Positions 39,194-54,649 of a stretch of DNA of 64,000 nucleotides are shown here, in pieces (position 1 is the stretch's first letter; each line of letters starts with the position of its first letter). The notes under the pieces were generated by a model, which searched no databases, had not been told where the DNA came from, and was given only the letters and a program-made list of their open reading frames with translations. Made by a program: the position numbers and the translations under genes. The DNA is from Octopus sinensis. Lineage: Eukaryota. The stretch lies in contig NC_043008.1 in NCBI RefSeq assembly GCF_006345805.1, positions 61,070,001 to 61,134,000 of the forward strand. Reading direction: 5' to 3'.

Positions 39194-39518
39194 GGAGGCG
39201 CAATGTCTCAGTGGTTAGAGCAGCAGACTCACGATCGTAGGATCGCGGTTTCGATTCCCAGACCGAGCATTGTGTTTGTAAGCCCCGGCAGCGGGTGGTG
39301 GTGTCGAACCTTGCTGTGCTCTTTCACCACAACATTCTTTCCTTTTTTCTTCCTGTTTTTGTTGTACCTGTTTTTCAAAAGGTGTCTCGCTGAATCTACG
39401 CCGAAAACTACATTAAGGTTACACGTGACTGAGGAGTGCTGAACGTTAATTTCACGAGCAGGCCGTTCCGTTGATCAGATCAACTGGAACCCTAGTTATC
39501 GTAACCAACGGCGCGCCA
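39194..39518 (+). mobile_element. Diverged OR/Ceph-type SINE
   Basis: Homologous head and tail to 11857-12242. Confidence 0.8.
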
Positions 39519-39617
39519 TGATAAAAGAATGACTCTCCCCAGACACAGCAAAATATGCTTCAGCACACGAACTCACATAAGGAATCTTGCAAACCAAATC
39601 CCCAAACGAAATATATA

Positions 39618-39822
39618 TATAGGGGGAATTCACATAAAAAACAAAAGAAGAAGACAGGTGGTTTAGACAACAAGCAGATATATTAGTATAACGCCCGGGA
39701 AGTGAAAAAGTCTTTAACGTTTCGAGCCTATGCTCTTCCACAGAAAGGAACACAGAAAGAAACAAGGAGAGAAAATAAAGAATGTGTAGTGGCTAGCGAT
39801 CTATCATGGCGAATGCCGGACT
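39618..39822 (-). mobile_element. Short hammerhead-like repeat flanked by (TA)n on both sides
   Basis: Same family as 37268. Minus strand reads CTTT CTGTGGA A GAGC ATAG GCTC GAAAC GTT AAAG. Confidence 0.6.
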
Positions 39823-40594
39823 TATATATATATATATTGGATAATGAAGGTACTGACATATAATTACAGAAAATGTTCATCTTTACGATATTCTATAATG
39901 ATTTTTTAATGAGAGGAAGAATGTTACTAACAATAACCCCTTTCAAGTACTTCCGATGACTAGTGAATATTTGTCGCACTCTGTCTGGATATCTGGTACG
40001 AATCCATGCAATAAGTTAAATAATGCAAAACGAAATTCAGTTGGTCGTATGAAACTGGGTGATAGATCAACTTGCTTTTTATGAAATATATTCGTAGACA
40101 CAAGTGCAATAAATGAATTAAGGAATCAATGAAGTGCAAATAGAAACGGCTAAAGAGATAAAAACAATAGAGACGAGCAAATAGAAAATAGCAAACGGAT
40201 GTTTTTGTAATACAAGTACGAGAATTATTATAATACGTCATATACGATGAGCTGGAAGCTGTGTATGTATGCGTGTGTATGTACATGATATACGTATGCA
40301 TGATTCTATGTCTGTGTCTGTAAGTTGACAGAGCAAAGTTAGTTACTAATACCTTCGCCTATTTGTGTTTCTTTTTTCTGTTGGTAATTACCCTTGTTTA
40401 AGACAGAATCGCTATTGTTTTGTTTTGTTTCCTTGTTAAGCAAGTCATACACCCAAGCCGCAGAACGGAATAGCTATATATATATATATATATAATATAT
40501 ATATATATATACATATGCATGTTTGCATGTACGTATTATGCATGTATATATAAATATATATAGATATATATGTATCTACATATACATACATATA

Positions 40595-40630
<36 letters not shown>

Positions 40631-40666
40631 CAAACATATATACATATATATATAATATATATATAT

Positions 40667-40697
<31 letters not shown>

Positions 40698-40732
40698 CAG
40701 ACATATATATATATATATATATACATACAAAC

Positions 40733-40783
<51 letters not shown>

Positions 40784-43700
40784 ATATATCATCTGTTGTT
40801 TCACGTCTTTTTAGTGCTGCCATTTTCGTACCTTTACCTTCCGACTTAGGGGGGACATCTCAACCATGGAGTAACATTAAGTAATAAAATAGTGGCTTCA
40901 GCGGAACCAGATAAAAATTTCGTCGTTTGCGCGAACAGGATTTTAATATCTTACAATATGGTCAATTTTGCATCACGTATATCTAGCTACATATGACACC
41001 ACAAATAAAAACACACGAACACGTACATCCGTACACATATATGTAGTACACCCATATTCACGCATACACAACATTACGCGCCATTGTTTCTATAGGTTAT
41101 GATGGAGGTAAACGGCATATCTTTATTATTAATGGAAACTGAAAGCAATATATCGGATGGTTAATATTTTATGATATAAAGCTTGTATCTCACATCAGAA
41201 AGATGACCGACTGCAAAGCATTTTGGCAGTCATTCAAGCGATGTAGTAACAAGCTATTGATTTGGAGAGCCATCTTTAAGTGTCTACGTATATCATTTAT
41301 TGCTTTATACATTAATATGCCCGTATGTGTATGTATATAGAAGTGTGTGTTTGTACGTGTGTGTGCGTGCGTGCGAGTGTATGTCTATGTTTGTGTACGC
41401 AGAGACGTTTTCCCGTGTATGATACTGTATGCTTATGTTTATACATGGGAGTGAGAATGCGATGTAAATAAGTGTGTAGTATATCTATGTATATATAAAT
41501 ATATATATATATATATGTTTAAATATATATACATACATACATATATATATATATAATATATATATATAATATATATATATATATATACATGTATGCATGT
41601 ATGTATACAAGGATTGTGTGCGTGTATTAGTTGCATGTTTATATTTGTGTGTATACCTCTCCCTGTATACGTATATGATTTCGCCACCAACGTTCATTTT
41701 GCAAGCAATATTCGGCCATACGATTGATTGAAGTACAATATTATTTGTAATGTATTTATCGACAAGAAAGAGGAAAATGGATCAGCTGGATTCGATGGAA
41801 CATGAGCATAATAAATTGAAATAACCCGCATAGATACTGTCAATGCATTTGTTCCTTGTATCGCAACATTGTTCTCGGAGATTTATATAGATCTGGGCCA
41901 TTGGGTAATCACTGTATGTTTTGTTTTTCTATAGAATTCAGAGATGGAGTTAAGTCAATACTTGAGCAGAATACTGATTATTGTAGCAAACTGCATGGTT
42001 TAGAATTATTTTTTTTTCAAAATATGTGTTGAAAAATGCAAGCAAAAATGTCATCCGATCATGTTAATCTATACATTTTCATTCTTACGTCCATTAATAT
42101 GTAACTATGTATTTCAACAAAATATATATGCCCATAAATCGTTCTGCTGATTTGCTTCTGGTTTTCTTCCATTCGAGCATATTGTAACGTGTCATTGTCT
42201 TTAGATGATAAAGTGTGTTGAATGCGATAAAAAAAAAGTGATTAACAATTTTCGTACAATTTTCGATGAACGGACATTTCTTTTTTATCCCTGATAACGC
42301 AAACAAGTTGATAGCGAATGTTTTATGCTATAAATTGTTTGCAAATTCTAAGATTGAAATATATTTTTCAAAGTTTTTACCATGTGCATTTCATACACTC
42401 CAGAGCATTGCAGGAAAAAAAACCCAACTTAATCCAAGTATATTGTAAGACGTAAGACAGTTGAAGCGAATGAACTATTTTGTACCTTAAGCTTTGGAAT
42501 ATTATCTTTTTTTTTTGTGTGTGTGATAATATTATACCCACTTATGTTCAAGAAACTATTTATATTAGAAACAAATGTGTAATTTAAAATACTCGTGTTC
42601 GAAGTTGAATAAGTTACAACAATTGCAAAAACACATTTTCATTCACTCAAAATAATACTTAAAAGTTTTGGAGAAAAGTATACGAACTGTTCGGCATATA
42701 TAATATGATTAATTATATTACTGTTTTACATCACTAAAACACATATTTTCAAACGGATCAAAGAAACCTCCAAATTTTTCTACATGTCTTTACATATCAC
42801 CAGGAGAAGAGATGTTTCTGCATCAAGCAGAAGTCTAACGAGAATAAACTCTGCTCAGTGTAGTCTGTGCAGTACTGACAACGAACATACCACGAACATT
42901 TCCGCATCTGTCCTAACCAGCACTTGATTTGTACATCCTTCCTGACGACATATGCCATCAATCCTGAGCAACTACAGCATTTTCCGACAGATGATATAAT
43001 AGTACAGAAAATTTCTGCACCATACGTTTCCTACACATTTACCGGACCAGTGAAAGCCTATACCCGTTTTGTGTTTTTTTGATATTTCTAAAATGTTTAA
43101 TGCATCCCATCAAACTCATTGCATTTTAATTAGCAGAATGAATTCTAGATCGAATGCAGAAATACTTGATGCGCAAAATTAGCTGATCGTTAAAGGGCTA
43201 TTTGTCACCATTTTATAATTTATTTGAATCGTTAATAATCGTTTTGCTAACCACTTCCTTCACGTGAACATACTTTTGATTTACAAGAGAGCACAGTTCC
43301 CCAGTTTCCTTTTGCTTTTTGTTAGTTTCAAGATTGAAAGCATATTTAATCCTTCGCTTATTGCTCAGGAAAATTACTTCCATGTACATATTTGATGCAT
43401 ACTAAGCCAATAGATTTTCATTTTCACAGAGCTCTTGGCAAAAATACACTTTGACTGCACGTTTAATTACCGTTAAAACACACCTTGCTGTGGGGAATGA
43501 TCTCCTTAACAGTACTTGCTTATACATTTTCTTGTCTTGACTTTGGAATCAAATAATTAACGTATTGGCTTAAATACTGTGGGTCTCGAAATTTGCTGCA
43601 CGAAACCATCTTAAAAATTAACATTTCTACTTTCTAATTCGGGTTTTAGTTGAACTTTAGTTTAATACGTCCAAAATTTGTGTCTTACATACTACTTCGG

Positions 43701-43909
43701 CTTATGAAATTAAGATATCAAGCACATTATTCAAATCCTGAAATTACCTCGTACTTATTCAATTGTGGTAAAAATTACCATTAGGATTTATTTTCCTTCC
43801 CTAACTCCTTATTGATAAGTTAAGAATTTATTAGCTCTTACATTCGGTTCTGCCGCATGCTGACTTAGCACTCTATATCCGCACAAACTTCCTATTAATA
43901 CACACATAT

Positions 43910-43970
<61 letters not shown>

Positions 43971-43976
<6 letters not shown>

Positions 43977-45455
43977 GTTATGTTTCATATGTAAATCAAT
44001 GAACAGGCAGAATATGAAATTGAGTGAAATACTGTTGTTGTTAGTATATGAGCAGAGGAATTAATCGCATTTAATTAAAATTGAATTTCAATAAAACCTG
44101 TATTATATATATCACATATATAATACAGGTTATCTCGCAAGTTATCTGTGTATGTATGAATGCATACACATATATCTTGTTGCTGACATTGTATTTGAAT
44201 CCCAGACTAGATCCCATTGAACAAACATACGAACAACTAATATTTCCAAACTAATACATTCGAGTGTTGGTATTACTACACACTGTATCAATGATTATAT
44301 ATTCAAGTGCCTCCTTATGTCTTTCGATGGTAGAATGAGGTTTCGGAATTGTTTGAAATCAGGTCAAACGACAATATTCACTCTTCCTCGCTAACGTCTG
44401 CATCGACATACACAAACGAGCATGCGCACATGTAAACACGTGTCTGTATGCGTGTATTTGAGAGCAACAAATTTAATTTTCTTCGTAGAAGTTTTATGCA
44501 TGCGCATAACTTATGAAGATGTGAATTCCAATACGCGTTTACTAACATACAGTAATATCTCTAATGCGGTGACTGATAAATGATGTATGAAAGACGATAC
44601 AGTGTTGGTCGGTTGATAATGGTACTTGATGTCCTTATTAGCAGTCACATTCCCTACCTTGCATATTCATTCATTAGGAAGGTATAGATTCTCCATTCAT
44701 ATGTGTAATCCTTACTAATATCTTATTCATTTCCTCGTGTGTGCTCACTTAAGAAACGCAAACAGCTGTTCTTAATGCGTCTATTTCCTATGCATATATA
44801 CTTATCGTACTCATTTACGCTGTAAAATGAGATGAATGCAGGTCTTCTCAGCATTTTCCTTCGTTACTTTTACATGTGTGTATTATTATGCATTCTTTCT
44901 CTATTAATAAACACGATTCCCGCTAAAACGTGTCTCTTCAATATATTCATTATTAAAATATGTGCAATATTTTCAAATGTGTGTAGCTAATCTTATTGAC
45001 TTGCAACCGAATATTGCTAAAATTATCATGAATGTAGTATCGTCCCCAGCTTAAATCTTTAACTACATAGATGCAACCAAAGAGTGAGCAACTATATATG
45101 ATCACTCTAACTACTGGAAAAAGCAATCAACCATCCTACATACCACGCCCTACTATCTCAAATATTGTAGGTGACAAGTAAATACGTATCGTGACAAGAA
45201 AGACAGGATGGTCATAGAAAAAAATGACTTAAATTTGAAGTTAGCATCTTCAGCCCTGACTCAATGTGGTGGAGTAAAACAACAACAATAACACACACAG
45301 CAGCAATATATACAAGATTTAGTTTTCTCACATTCTGTATAAATTTTCGACTCATTTTGTTTTCAACTAGCAAATTGAACTCAACAAAAATGTTAGATAT
45401 TTGTTAGGTATGACCGCTTACAAGCGATGCTGGGGGAACAAGCACAAACACATAA

Positions 45456-45510
<55 letters not shown>

Positions 45511-46989
45511 GTTATGTTTCATATGTAAATCAATGAACAGGCAGAATATGAAATTGAGTGAAATACTGTTGTTGTTAGTATATGAGCAGAGGAATTAATC
45601 GCATTTAATTAAAATTGAATTTCAATAAAACCTGTATTATATATATCACATATATAATACAGGTTATCTCGCAAGTTATCTGTGTATGTATGAATGCATA
45701 CACATATATCCTGTTGCTGACATTGTATTTGAATCCCAGACTAGATCCCATTGAACAAACATACGAACAACTAATATTTCCAAACTAATACATTCGAGTG
45801 TTGGTATTACTACACACTGTATCAATGATTATATATTCAAGTGCCTCCTTATGTCTTTCGATGGTAGAATGAGGTTTCGGAATTGTTTGAAATCAGGTCA
45901 AACGACAATATTCACTCTTCCTCGCTAACGTCTGCATCGACATACACAAACGAGCATGCGCACATGTAAACACGTGTCTGTATGCGTGTATTTGAGAGCA
46001 ACAAATTTAATTTTCTTCGTAGAAGTTTTATGCATGCGCATAACTTATGAAGATGTGAATTCCAATACGCGTTTACTAACATACAGTAATATCTCTAATG
46101 CGGTGACTGATAAATGATGTATGAAAGACGATACAGTGTTGGTCGGTTGATAATGGTACTTGATGTCCTTATTAGCAGTCACATTCCCTACCTTGCATAT
46201 TCATTCATTAGGAAGGTATAGATTCTCCATTCATATGTGTAATCCTTACTAATATCTTATTCATTTCCTCGTGTGTGCTCACTTAAGAAACGCAAACAGC
46301 TGTTCTTAATGCGTCTATTTCCTATGCATATATACTTATCGTACTCATTTACGCTGTAAAATGAGATGAATGCAGGTCTTCTCAGCATTTTCCTTCGTTA
46401 CTTTTACATGTGTGTATTATTATGCATTCTTTCTCTATTAATAAACACGATTCCCGCTAAAACGTGTCTCTTCAATATATTCATTATTAAAATATGTGCA
46501 ATATTTTCAAATGTGTGTAGCTAATCTTATTGACTTGCAACCGAATATTGCTAAAATTATCATGAATGTAGTATCGTCCCCAGCTTAAATCTTTAACTAC
46601 ATAGATGCAACCAAAGAGTGAGCAACTATATATGATCACTCTAACTACTGGAAAAAGCAATCAACCATCCTACATACCACGCCCTACTATCTCAAATATT
46701 GTAGGTGACAAGTAAATTACGTATCGTGACAAGAAAGACAGGATGGTCATAGAAAAAAATGACTTAAATTTGAAGTTAGCATCTTCAGCCCTGACTCAAT
46801 TGTGGTGGAGTAAAACAACAACAATAACACACACAGCAGCAATATATACAAGATTTAGTTTTCTCACATTCTGTATAAATTTTCGACTCATTTTGTTTTC
46901 AACTAGCAAATTGAACTCAACAAAAATGTTAGATATTTGTTAGGTATGACCGCTTACAAGCGATGCTGGGGGAACAAGCACAAACACAT

Positions 46990-47080
<91 letters not shown>
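43971..47080. repeat. Tandem duplication, ~1.53-kb unit (43971-45504 and 45505-about 47080)
   Basis: Both units start TACATCGTTATG. Outside the microsatellites I saw only three differences (one substitution, two 1-nt indels). The junction lies in (CA)n(TA)n. Confidence 0.9.
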
Positions 47081-47244
47081 TACGACGGGCTTCTTTCAGT
47101 TTCCGTCTGCCAAATCCACTCACAAGGCTTTGGTCGGCCCGAGGCTATAGTAGAAGACACTTGTCCAAGTTACCACGCAGTGGGATGAACCCGGAACCAT
47201 GTGTTTCGTAAGCAAGCTACTTACCACACAGCCACTCCTGCGCC
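46936..47244 (-). mobile_element. tRNA-derived SINE (same family as 5857-6260)
   Basis: Near-identical head to 6100-6260. Its tail alone is duplicated at about 45403-45480. Confidence 0.8.
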
Positions 47245-48871
47245 TATATATGGATATATTTTCTAAGAAAATTACCCTAATTCTAAAATAAAAGGAAATT
47301 ATTATGGAAAACCTAGAAAGCAAGGATCACGCTCTCAGAATATTCTTCGGACCCACGCTTACGAATACAAGTCTTCTTCCGGTCAATAATTAATTTTCAA
47401 TGGACATTTCGTAACATAACCAGAGATTATATGTATAATTAATTATAAAATATAATTTGATTTTACATGATCGAAAATATATTGCAAAGAACTATGCATC
47501 ATATATAGGAATTCAAAATAGATATCAGCATTTTATTTGTCATTGACATCTCATAAATAATATGCTTATATCCTTTAGTTAATGTAAAGAAAATATTACG
47601 TAAGCATGGCATGCAAAAGTTCCGATTCATAATTCTATTTGATAGTTGACCTGACACTTATTTTTTACCTGGATTATAAAGAAAATAGTATGTCTCAGAA
47701 AGAGCAAATCAAATATATTTTACATTATATTTAGAGTAACATATAGTTTTCCTCCAAAATAATTTGTCAATTCGATGCAATTTAACTTATAGTAAATGAA
47801 TTATTGTCCTATAAGTATGGAAAAATGATGAAACGAATCTACAAGGAAATGATAGACACCTGTTGAGTGTTATCTCTTAGAAGGAACGTAATGTCTGTGA
47901 CCCTTTATTAATCTCCAAGACTGCTGGAAGGAGAAACGTATTCTTGGTGAGAATGTTAGCAAGAAAGTAGAGTTTGAACTCTTAGTTAAGACCAGGATAT
48001 TGTAAATAACGTGTGTCGCGTTGGTGTTAAGTAGGTGACGGCTTATGTCTAAAGCCAAAGCAGATCATACGAGGAGTTAATTCAGAAATAATAGATGACT
48101 TTGGGACGGATTTAAAAATGGAATCACTTTATATTACACACTCAGACAAACACACAGATACACACAGACACACACACATACACATGCATGTACATATACG
48201 CACACGCATGTTGTGTATATACGTTATTGTATATATATATATGTATATATATATGTATATATATGTATATATATATGTATATATATGTATGTATTATGTA
48301 TATGATGTTTATATGATGCATATATTTTGTATATATATATATATATATATATACAGATGATGTTTATATATATATATATATAAACATATACATATATGCA
48401 TGAGTATTTGCTTTTATGTATGTAGAGTGTGTACATGTATGTATATATTTTCTCAGTTTGGCGGCATAAAGTCATTTAGCCCAAGTTATGCTTAACTGTC
48501 TACAATATTTACTATAGAAAACTCTTAGCACTCGCTGTAAATAATAAAAATATTAGTTGTGACAGATTTTCTCTTTAAAACAATTGATTAACTGCTGAAT
48601 AGAACAGAAACCACTTGATTGATTTCACCTTGTTGGCACCTTGGTATGTATGTTAAGGATATCCATATTGAGGGAAAATAGTTTGTAAACATAAACGAAA
48701 ATTACTATGAACAAATTAACAGAATATACTAATTTCTGTAGTAAAACATGAGTTAGCAGCACATATTTATCATACAAATTCGTGAGATTCTCTGCTCAAG
48801 AATAAATAGTGTACGATGTGGCCCCCGGAAGCATGTACATTTATATTCTGTCTCACATTCTTCTCTCGAAC

Positions 48872-48965
<94 letters not shown>

Positions 48966-50011
48966 TGCCCACACACACTCATATATATATTTATATATTT
49001 ATACACAGAATGAAATAGAGAGAGAATGAGAAAGTAACAACTCTGCAATTATGTTTGAATTATAAATTACATGCTCTAAAGTGTCACATGTTCTGCTGGT
49101 TTTACCATTTAGAATAGTGAATGTGGTGAGTATGCATAATATATTACAAAATACAAATAACTAGTGCTCGTTTTATTGCTTATTCTATTCTTTTATAACT
49201 TAAATTTTCATTCGGAATATAACTTTTTGGAAAGAACCGATTCTATAGACTTTTTCTCGAATATTTGATTCTCTTATATCCCACCTTCCTTTGAGAATCC
49301 GTTTGAGCATGCGTAAGGTGAAGCACTAAGAGAATATAACGTCGTAGGGCTTTGTCACACATACTTTCATATGTGTAGGTAGTTGCTTTGTAGCGTATTA
49401 TGAGTTTAATTGGTTGCAATCGTTCGAGCAACATGGGAGAAGAGAAATTTGTCAGTATGTTTCATCCGCTAAAATTAGTGGTCATTTGAAGTTTTCTGGT
49501 TATTTATAGAGAACAAAAAATATGTCCAATAATTCAAATCTTTAATTCTTTTATTATTTTATGAAATAAATTTTGTTCTTTTTATATGTTAAACGCAATT
49601 TAATTGTGTCTTTACCTAACATTTTGATGCAAATAAACCTGAATGGTTATGCTTTGGAGTATTTTAAGATATATTTATCAGTATTCACTTTATTAATAAA
49701 AAAAAGTGTTCATTGTTTAAACTTAGGCGGAAGAAAGCGTTCAGTGATTACTTTTCCTTGAATCAGATATAGTGACAGTTCTAGGTCGATTGATCCGTTA
49801 GAAATGATAGGAGATATATAAATATTGGTAATTCTCTTCCTGAAATTCTACATAGAATATATAATAATTTTGAAATTACACTTATTTTTGTATTTGGAAA
49901 ATGAAATTCGGTTGCATTGCTTACTTTCGAAATTTTTCTTAGTTACTTTCTTGAAGTGGCTATAATTATGTAGCTCCAGTAAGGCACTGTTTGACCGATT
50001 CATATTTTTAG

Positions 50012-50121
50012 GTTAACAAAGGGAATATTAGCAAATGTCTTCTCTCCAGTTTCAGATAGAAGCTTCTGGGAAAAGCTTGTTGCTCTTATACCGGATAGCG
50101 CGAAAAATACGTTATTTCATC
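50012..50121 (+). CDS. Candidate 110-nt host exon, unidentified gene
   Basis: TTGAC branch-like site, TTTTTAG acceptor, open frame LTKGILANVFSPVSDRSFWEKLVALIPDSAKNTLFH, GTATGC donor. No homology recognised. Confidence 0.3.
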
Positions 50122-50821
50122 GTATGCTTGGACAACTTGTAACCTATTTGCATTTAGTTCGTTCTTCATAAAAATAATTTTGTTCATTTTCTGCAACTTA
50201 AGATGAAATTGACTGTACTACGACAGAATGTATTTCACTACTTCGTCTAGCCTTGTTTATCCCCTCTATGTTTATCCCCTTGTGGGCAATAATGAAATTA
50301 GAATATACTTCACTACCTATGATTTAATCGAAAGTATCTGTAAGTATAGTCTGTTTATATTTTCGCAATACTGTTTTTGACTTTTTGAGAGAAGAGTTGA
50401 TTAAACCGAGGAAATATGCCATTTTATCTAACTTTTTATGATTTTGATCTAAGCTACTCTATTTATTGAGTCTACAGCTCTTTAGCGCGCTATTGAAAAT
50501 TGTAAGATAAGATAAATTATATTTATATGTGTTTGTATGTGTCTGTGTTTGGGTGCATATGATACATACATACATACATATACATATATATATATAATGT
50601 GTGTGTGTTTGTATAAATAAGCAAGAAGGATATTCGATTGTAAATTATATGGATAATATCATACTAAATTCTGGTGCCTTTAACTTAATACCATATTCAA
50701 CTGAAGTTAAAATTTACTGAACTTACATATATATATATATATATATATATATGCATTCATATATATATATATATATTATATATATATATATGCATTCATA
50801 ATATATATATATATATATATC

Positions 50822-50857
<36 letters not shown>

Positions 50858-51879
50858 GTGAGAGAATGAGGAGTAGAGACGGAGAAAGAGAGAGACTGAC
50901 TGACTCATATATATTGTTTTTCATGAGTTACAAGGGAGTATGTCAGACAACAAGTTATTCCAGGCTCGTATAAACTGGCAAGTTCTGTGTTGTAGATCTT
51001 CATTTTGTGAAAAAACGTTCATCTACAGCATCAATATATTCTTATTACATCATCAGTAAATTACTTGCAAAAGAACCAATACCACAAAAAAGCATAAAGA
51101 GCCTTGAGGTTATATATAAATCATTTACCATGCTCGTAAAAACTTAGCTCAACGTCTCTAGAAAGGTATGCAAAGAAGTTAATATTCTGACTCTTTTGTA
51201 CAGCGGTTAAATTCTACAAATACGTCTTAATATATTTAGAAATCTTCAAAATGTAAAAGAGTTAAATAATTATAAACATTGTTGCGTAGATAATTTTCAA
51301 TTTATATTGGTGCATAACGATTTCTTAAAGAGACTTTATTGTTCTGTGACAGATCTTAGTCGCTATATTTTCATTTTCTGGCTTATTAAATGTACATTAG
51401 AAATACAAATTGCCTAATAAATAATAAGTAGTGTGTTTGCACATATTAATATCGGAGAAGGAAGTACAAAATTAAATTTTACAAGGCAATTTGCATTAAG
51501 ATTTAGAGGTTCATAATTTATAACATTTGTAATTTCTCGTTCAATAAATCTATTACAAACCGTGATTTCAGTAGGTCGATCAATTTTGTTTACAAAATAT
51601 TAATTTGTACAACAATTAATGCGTAAACAAAATTCTATACACGCATAATCTCTCTCTATCTCTCTGTTTCTCACTCTCACTCTCTCGCTCACACACACAC
51701 ACACACAAAGTATATATATACATATATATATATGTGTGTGTGTATGTATTATATATATATATATATGTAGACACATACACACACATACTATCATCATTGT
51801 CATCGTCATCATCATAACGGTCATCTCGTCGGCAATATTATCATCACTATTATTATTGTATGAAAACTCACAGCTTATT

Positions 51880-52290
51880 TTGCTGTATACGAATGAAAGT
51901 GCCAGCTATCCACAGCCCGCAGACTAACGTGACACATGTTTACTGGTCATGCTGAGTGCTGGTACGTCCAAGTGCGGTAATTACCATTGGTATCTCGTCT
52001 ACTCTCTTCATTGACGAGAAAGTTGTACGTATTTCCAATTTCAAATCGTCGGAGCTATTCAGTTTTCTTCTTTCTCTTTGATCCTGTTGTCACCTGGACA
52101 TGCTGTGTTTATTGTCACGCATCTTTCTTTATTATTCACCACAAGAACTTCTGCTTTCCGATGCCTAGTTCATGTGATCGCAATGATTCATTGCATCTCA
52201 AAGGATTTTGCGATTTTCCTACTGGGATTTTCTCACACTACGTCTTTTCTCTTAATATTTCGGGCATTGTGCATAGAGCAGAAAAGTATA
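51880..52290 (-). pseudogene. Decayed R4-clade restriction-like endonuclease fragment
   Basis: Minus strand gives RKAEVLVVNNKERCVTINTACPGDNRIKEKEE, matching the RPDIV..IDIACPGD..KE.EK motif. Confidence 0.7.
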
Positions 52291-52352
52291 TTTATGATAA
52301 CTGAGATTTGAATTTAATTTCCTTTCTAATCTGCAGTGAATTGCTGTCTCGA

Positions 52353-52410
<58 letters not shown>

Positions 52411-52414
<4 letters not shown>

Positions 52415-52640
52415 AGAATTGACAAAAAAAAAAGATGAAGACAGGTGGTGCAGAAAACAAACAGATGTATTAGTATAACACTCGGGAATTGAAAAAGTTT
52501 TTAACGTTTCGAGCCTACGCTCTTCCACAGAAAGAATCAAGAAGAGACAAAAGGGAGAAATAAAAAAATATATAGTTGGAATTTACAAAAAAAATAAAAG
52601 ACGAAGACAGGTGTGTAAACAACAAGGAGAATGTTGGTAT
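52411..52640 (-). mobile_element. Short hammerhead-like repeat abutting (TA)n
   Basis: Same family as 37268 and 39618. Motif CTGTGGA A GAGC GTAG GCTC GAAAC GTT. Confidence 0.6.
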
Positions 52641-52886
52641 TGAGCATTGTCGTAAGAGATGTGGCTTTCAGAAAGTGACATAAGAAGGGCGAGGATGGGT
52701 GGTAAACGGAATTTTTTTCAGCACAGGCGTTAGTGGTTTGTGCATTGAACACATCGACAGCATAAAGTAAGTAGGTGGGCAGATATTACAGTTAGTGGAG
52801 AGAACGTTAGGGTGGTAGGAAGTGGAAATATTCCTTCAGACTTGCTACTACCTACCTGCCGAGCCTTCACAAAAGTAAAAGAAAGC

Positions 52887-52940
<54 letters not shown>

Positions 52941-53136
52941 CAAAAATGAAGATGTCCCGTGCATTTGAAAACTATGGAAATAGTTGTTAAAGCACTTCAT
53001 TTAATTTTTCCACATTTTGATTGATTTTTATGCTTCACTGTTGATAAGTTGCTAAGACTGAAATCGTTACTAAAATGTTCTTCATGATAAAATTATTTTA
53101 GCATTTTCTATCTTGTCCTATTTTCCTTATTTTTGG

Positions 53137-53174
<38 letters not shown>

Positions 53175-53375
53175 AAATATATATCTGTAAACTGTTTACA
53201 TATTCTTATTATTATCAAAGAATGTATATATGTATTGTAATATTTTGTGACAACCAGTACCTAACACAACAAAACTTTTACATGTTACTTTTGACAATCT
53301 TTTTTAAAAAAGTGAAACCGGTCAAGTGAATAAACATCTTTTAAACTTGCATTTTCAAACCTTCTTTCATATATA

Positions 53376-53407
<32 letters not shown>

Positions 53408-54649
53408 GATAATTATCCATCGCACGTTATTATTATCTAGTGAAACATATGAAATTCCTGAGAATCCATTCATGAATATATACATTTATTTGGCCATGCC
53501 ACCTTTAATGCGGACGTGAAATACACGTATATATTATTTTCTGTATTCCTTTAGGAGATTCAGTGTGTAAAAGCGAGAATAATAGAATAGCTATCGTCTT
53601 AACGATAGCGATTTTTATAACATCTTTTTCAGATAGACAAGCCTGAAGTTATTTTGAGAAAATAATACAACCCATAAGGTTTCTGAAATTTTGATTTGAT
53701 ATCACTTGTTTCCCATTTCTTCGTGTCTGTAAGTGGGCGTTTTAGAAATTCCTATCCAATTTTTTTTTCCTTTTTTTTTGTTGTATTTATTTTCTTATTT
53801 TTCTGCAGCTCATTATCTCTAGATTAATAAATGTTTAATGTAATGTTTATTTGCCGAAACGGATAATGATTTCATTTATCTCATACTGGACTTTGTTGAA
53901 CATAAAATATAACATAATACATTAAAATATAAATATATATAAGACAAAAAATTTGAAAAAAGATTAAGAAAAATAAATGAAAATATATAATATTACAAAA
54001 ACATACATGCAGAACAAAATCAAAATGAAAACGATAATCACAAAAATATGTCCATCAGCATATCATAACGATACGTTTTATTGCAAGCTAATGAATATAA
54101 AGTGAAAATAATACGAAGAAATCGTCTGCTTGAGCAAAATACATGCCTTGATTCTGTTGGCTATTTCACCATACTGAAACAGGTTCAATGCCATGCTTGC
54201 TGAGATGGTGTTTAATAAATAAATAATTAGATATAACATAAACGTTATTCCGTCCCTACTAGATACGTTATTGATGTTTCAATAAAATCATGTATAGTAC
54301 TGTTCAGTTTGCATCGAAACATCCGCCTTATAGAAAAATTTACAATTATATATTGTGCAATTTTGTGTATACAGATATCAATCATCAGTCTGCATATGTG
54401 ATGCAGTAGCTTGTAGCAAGACAATACAATGAGCTTTCTTTCTTTGCCTCTTTGGTTTGTTTCTATCGGTTTAACATATTTTTGAAAAAAGATATGCGAT
54501 AATCACTCTGTTTTCATTAATCTGCCATGGTGTGATATATCGCCTCAAAATCCATTATATTGCCACAATTGCAATATCAGGTAGAAATATGGAAACATAT
54601 GTACACACACACACACATGCATATATACATATATATATATATATATATA

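Noticed and set aside
42780-43070. Cys-rich minus-strand frames resembling a piggyBac C-terminal domain
   Set aside because: The Cys spacing is inconsistent across frames, and there is no adjacent transposase sequence or TTAA-bounded terminus.
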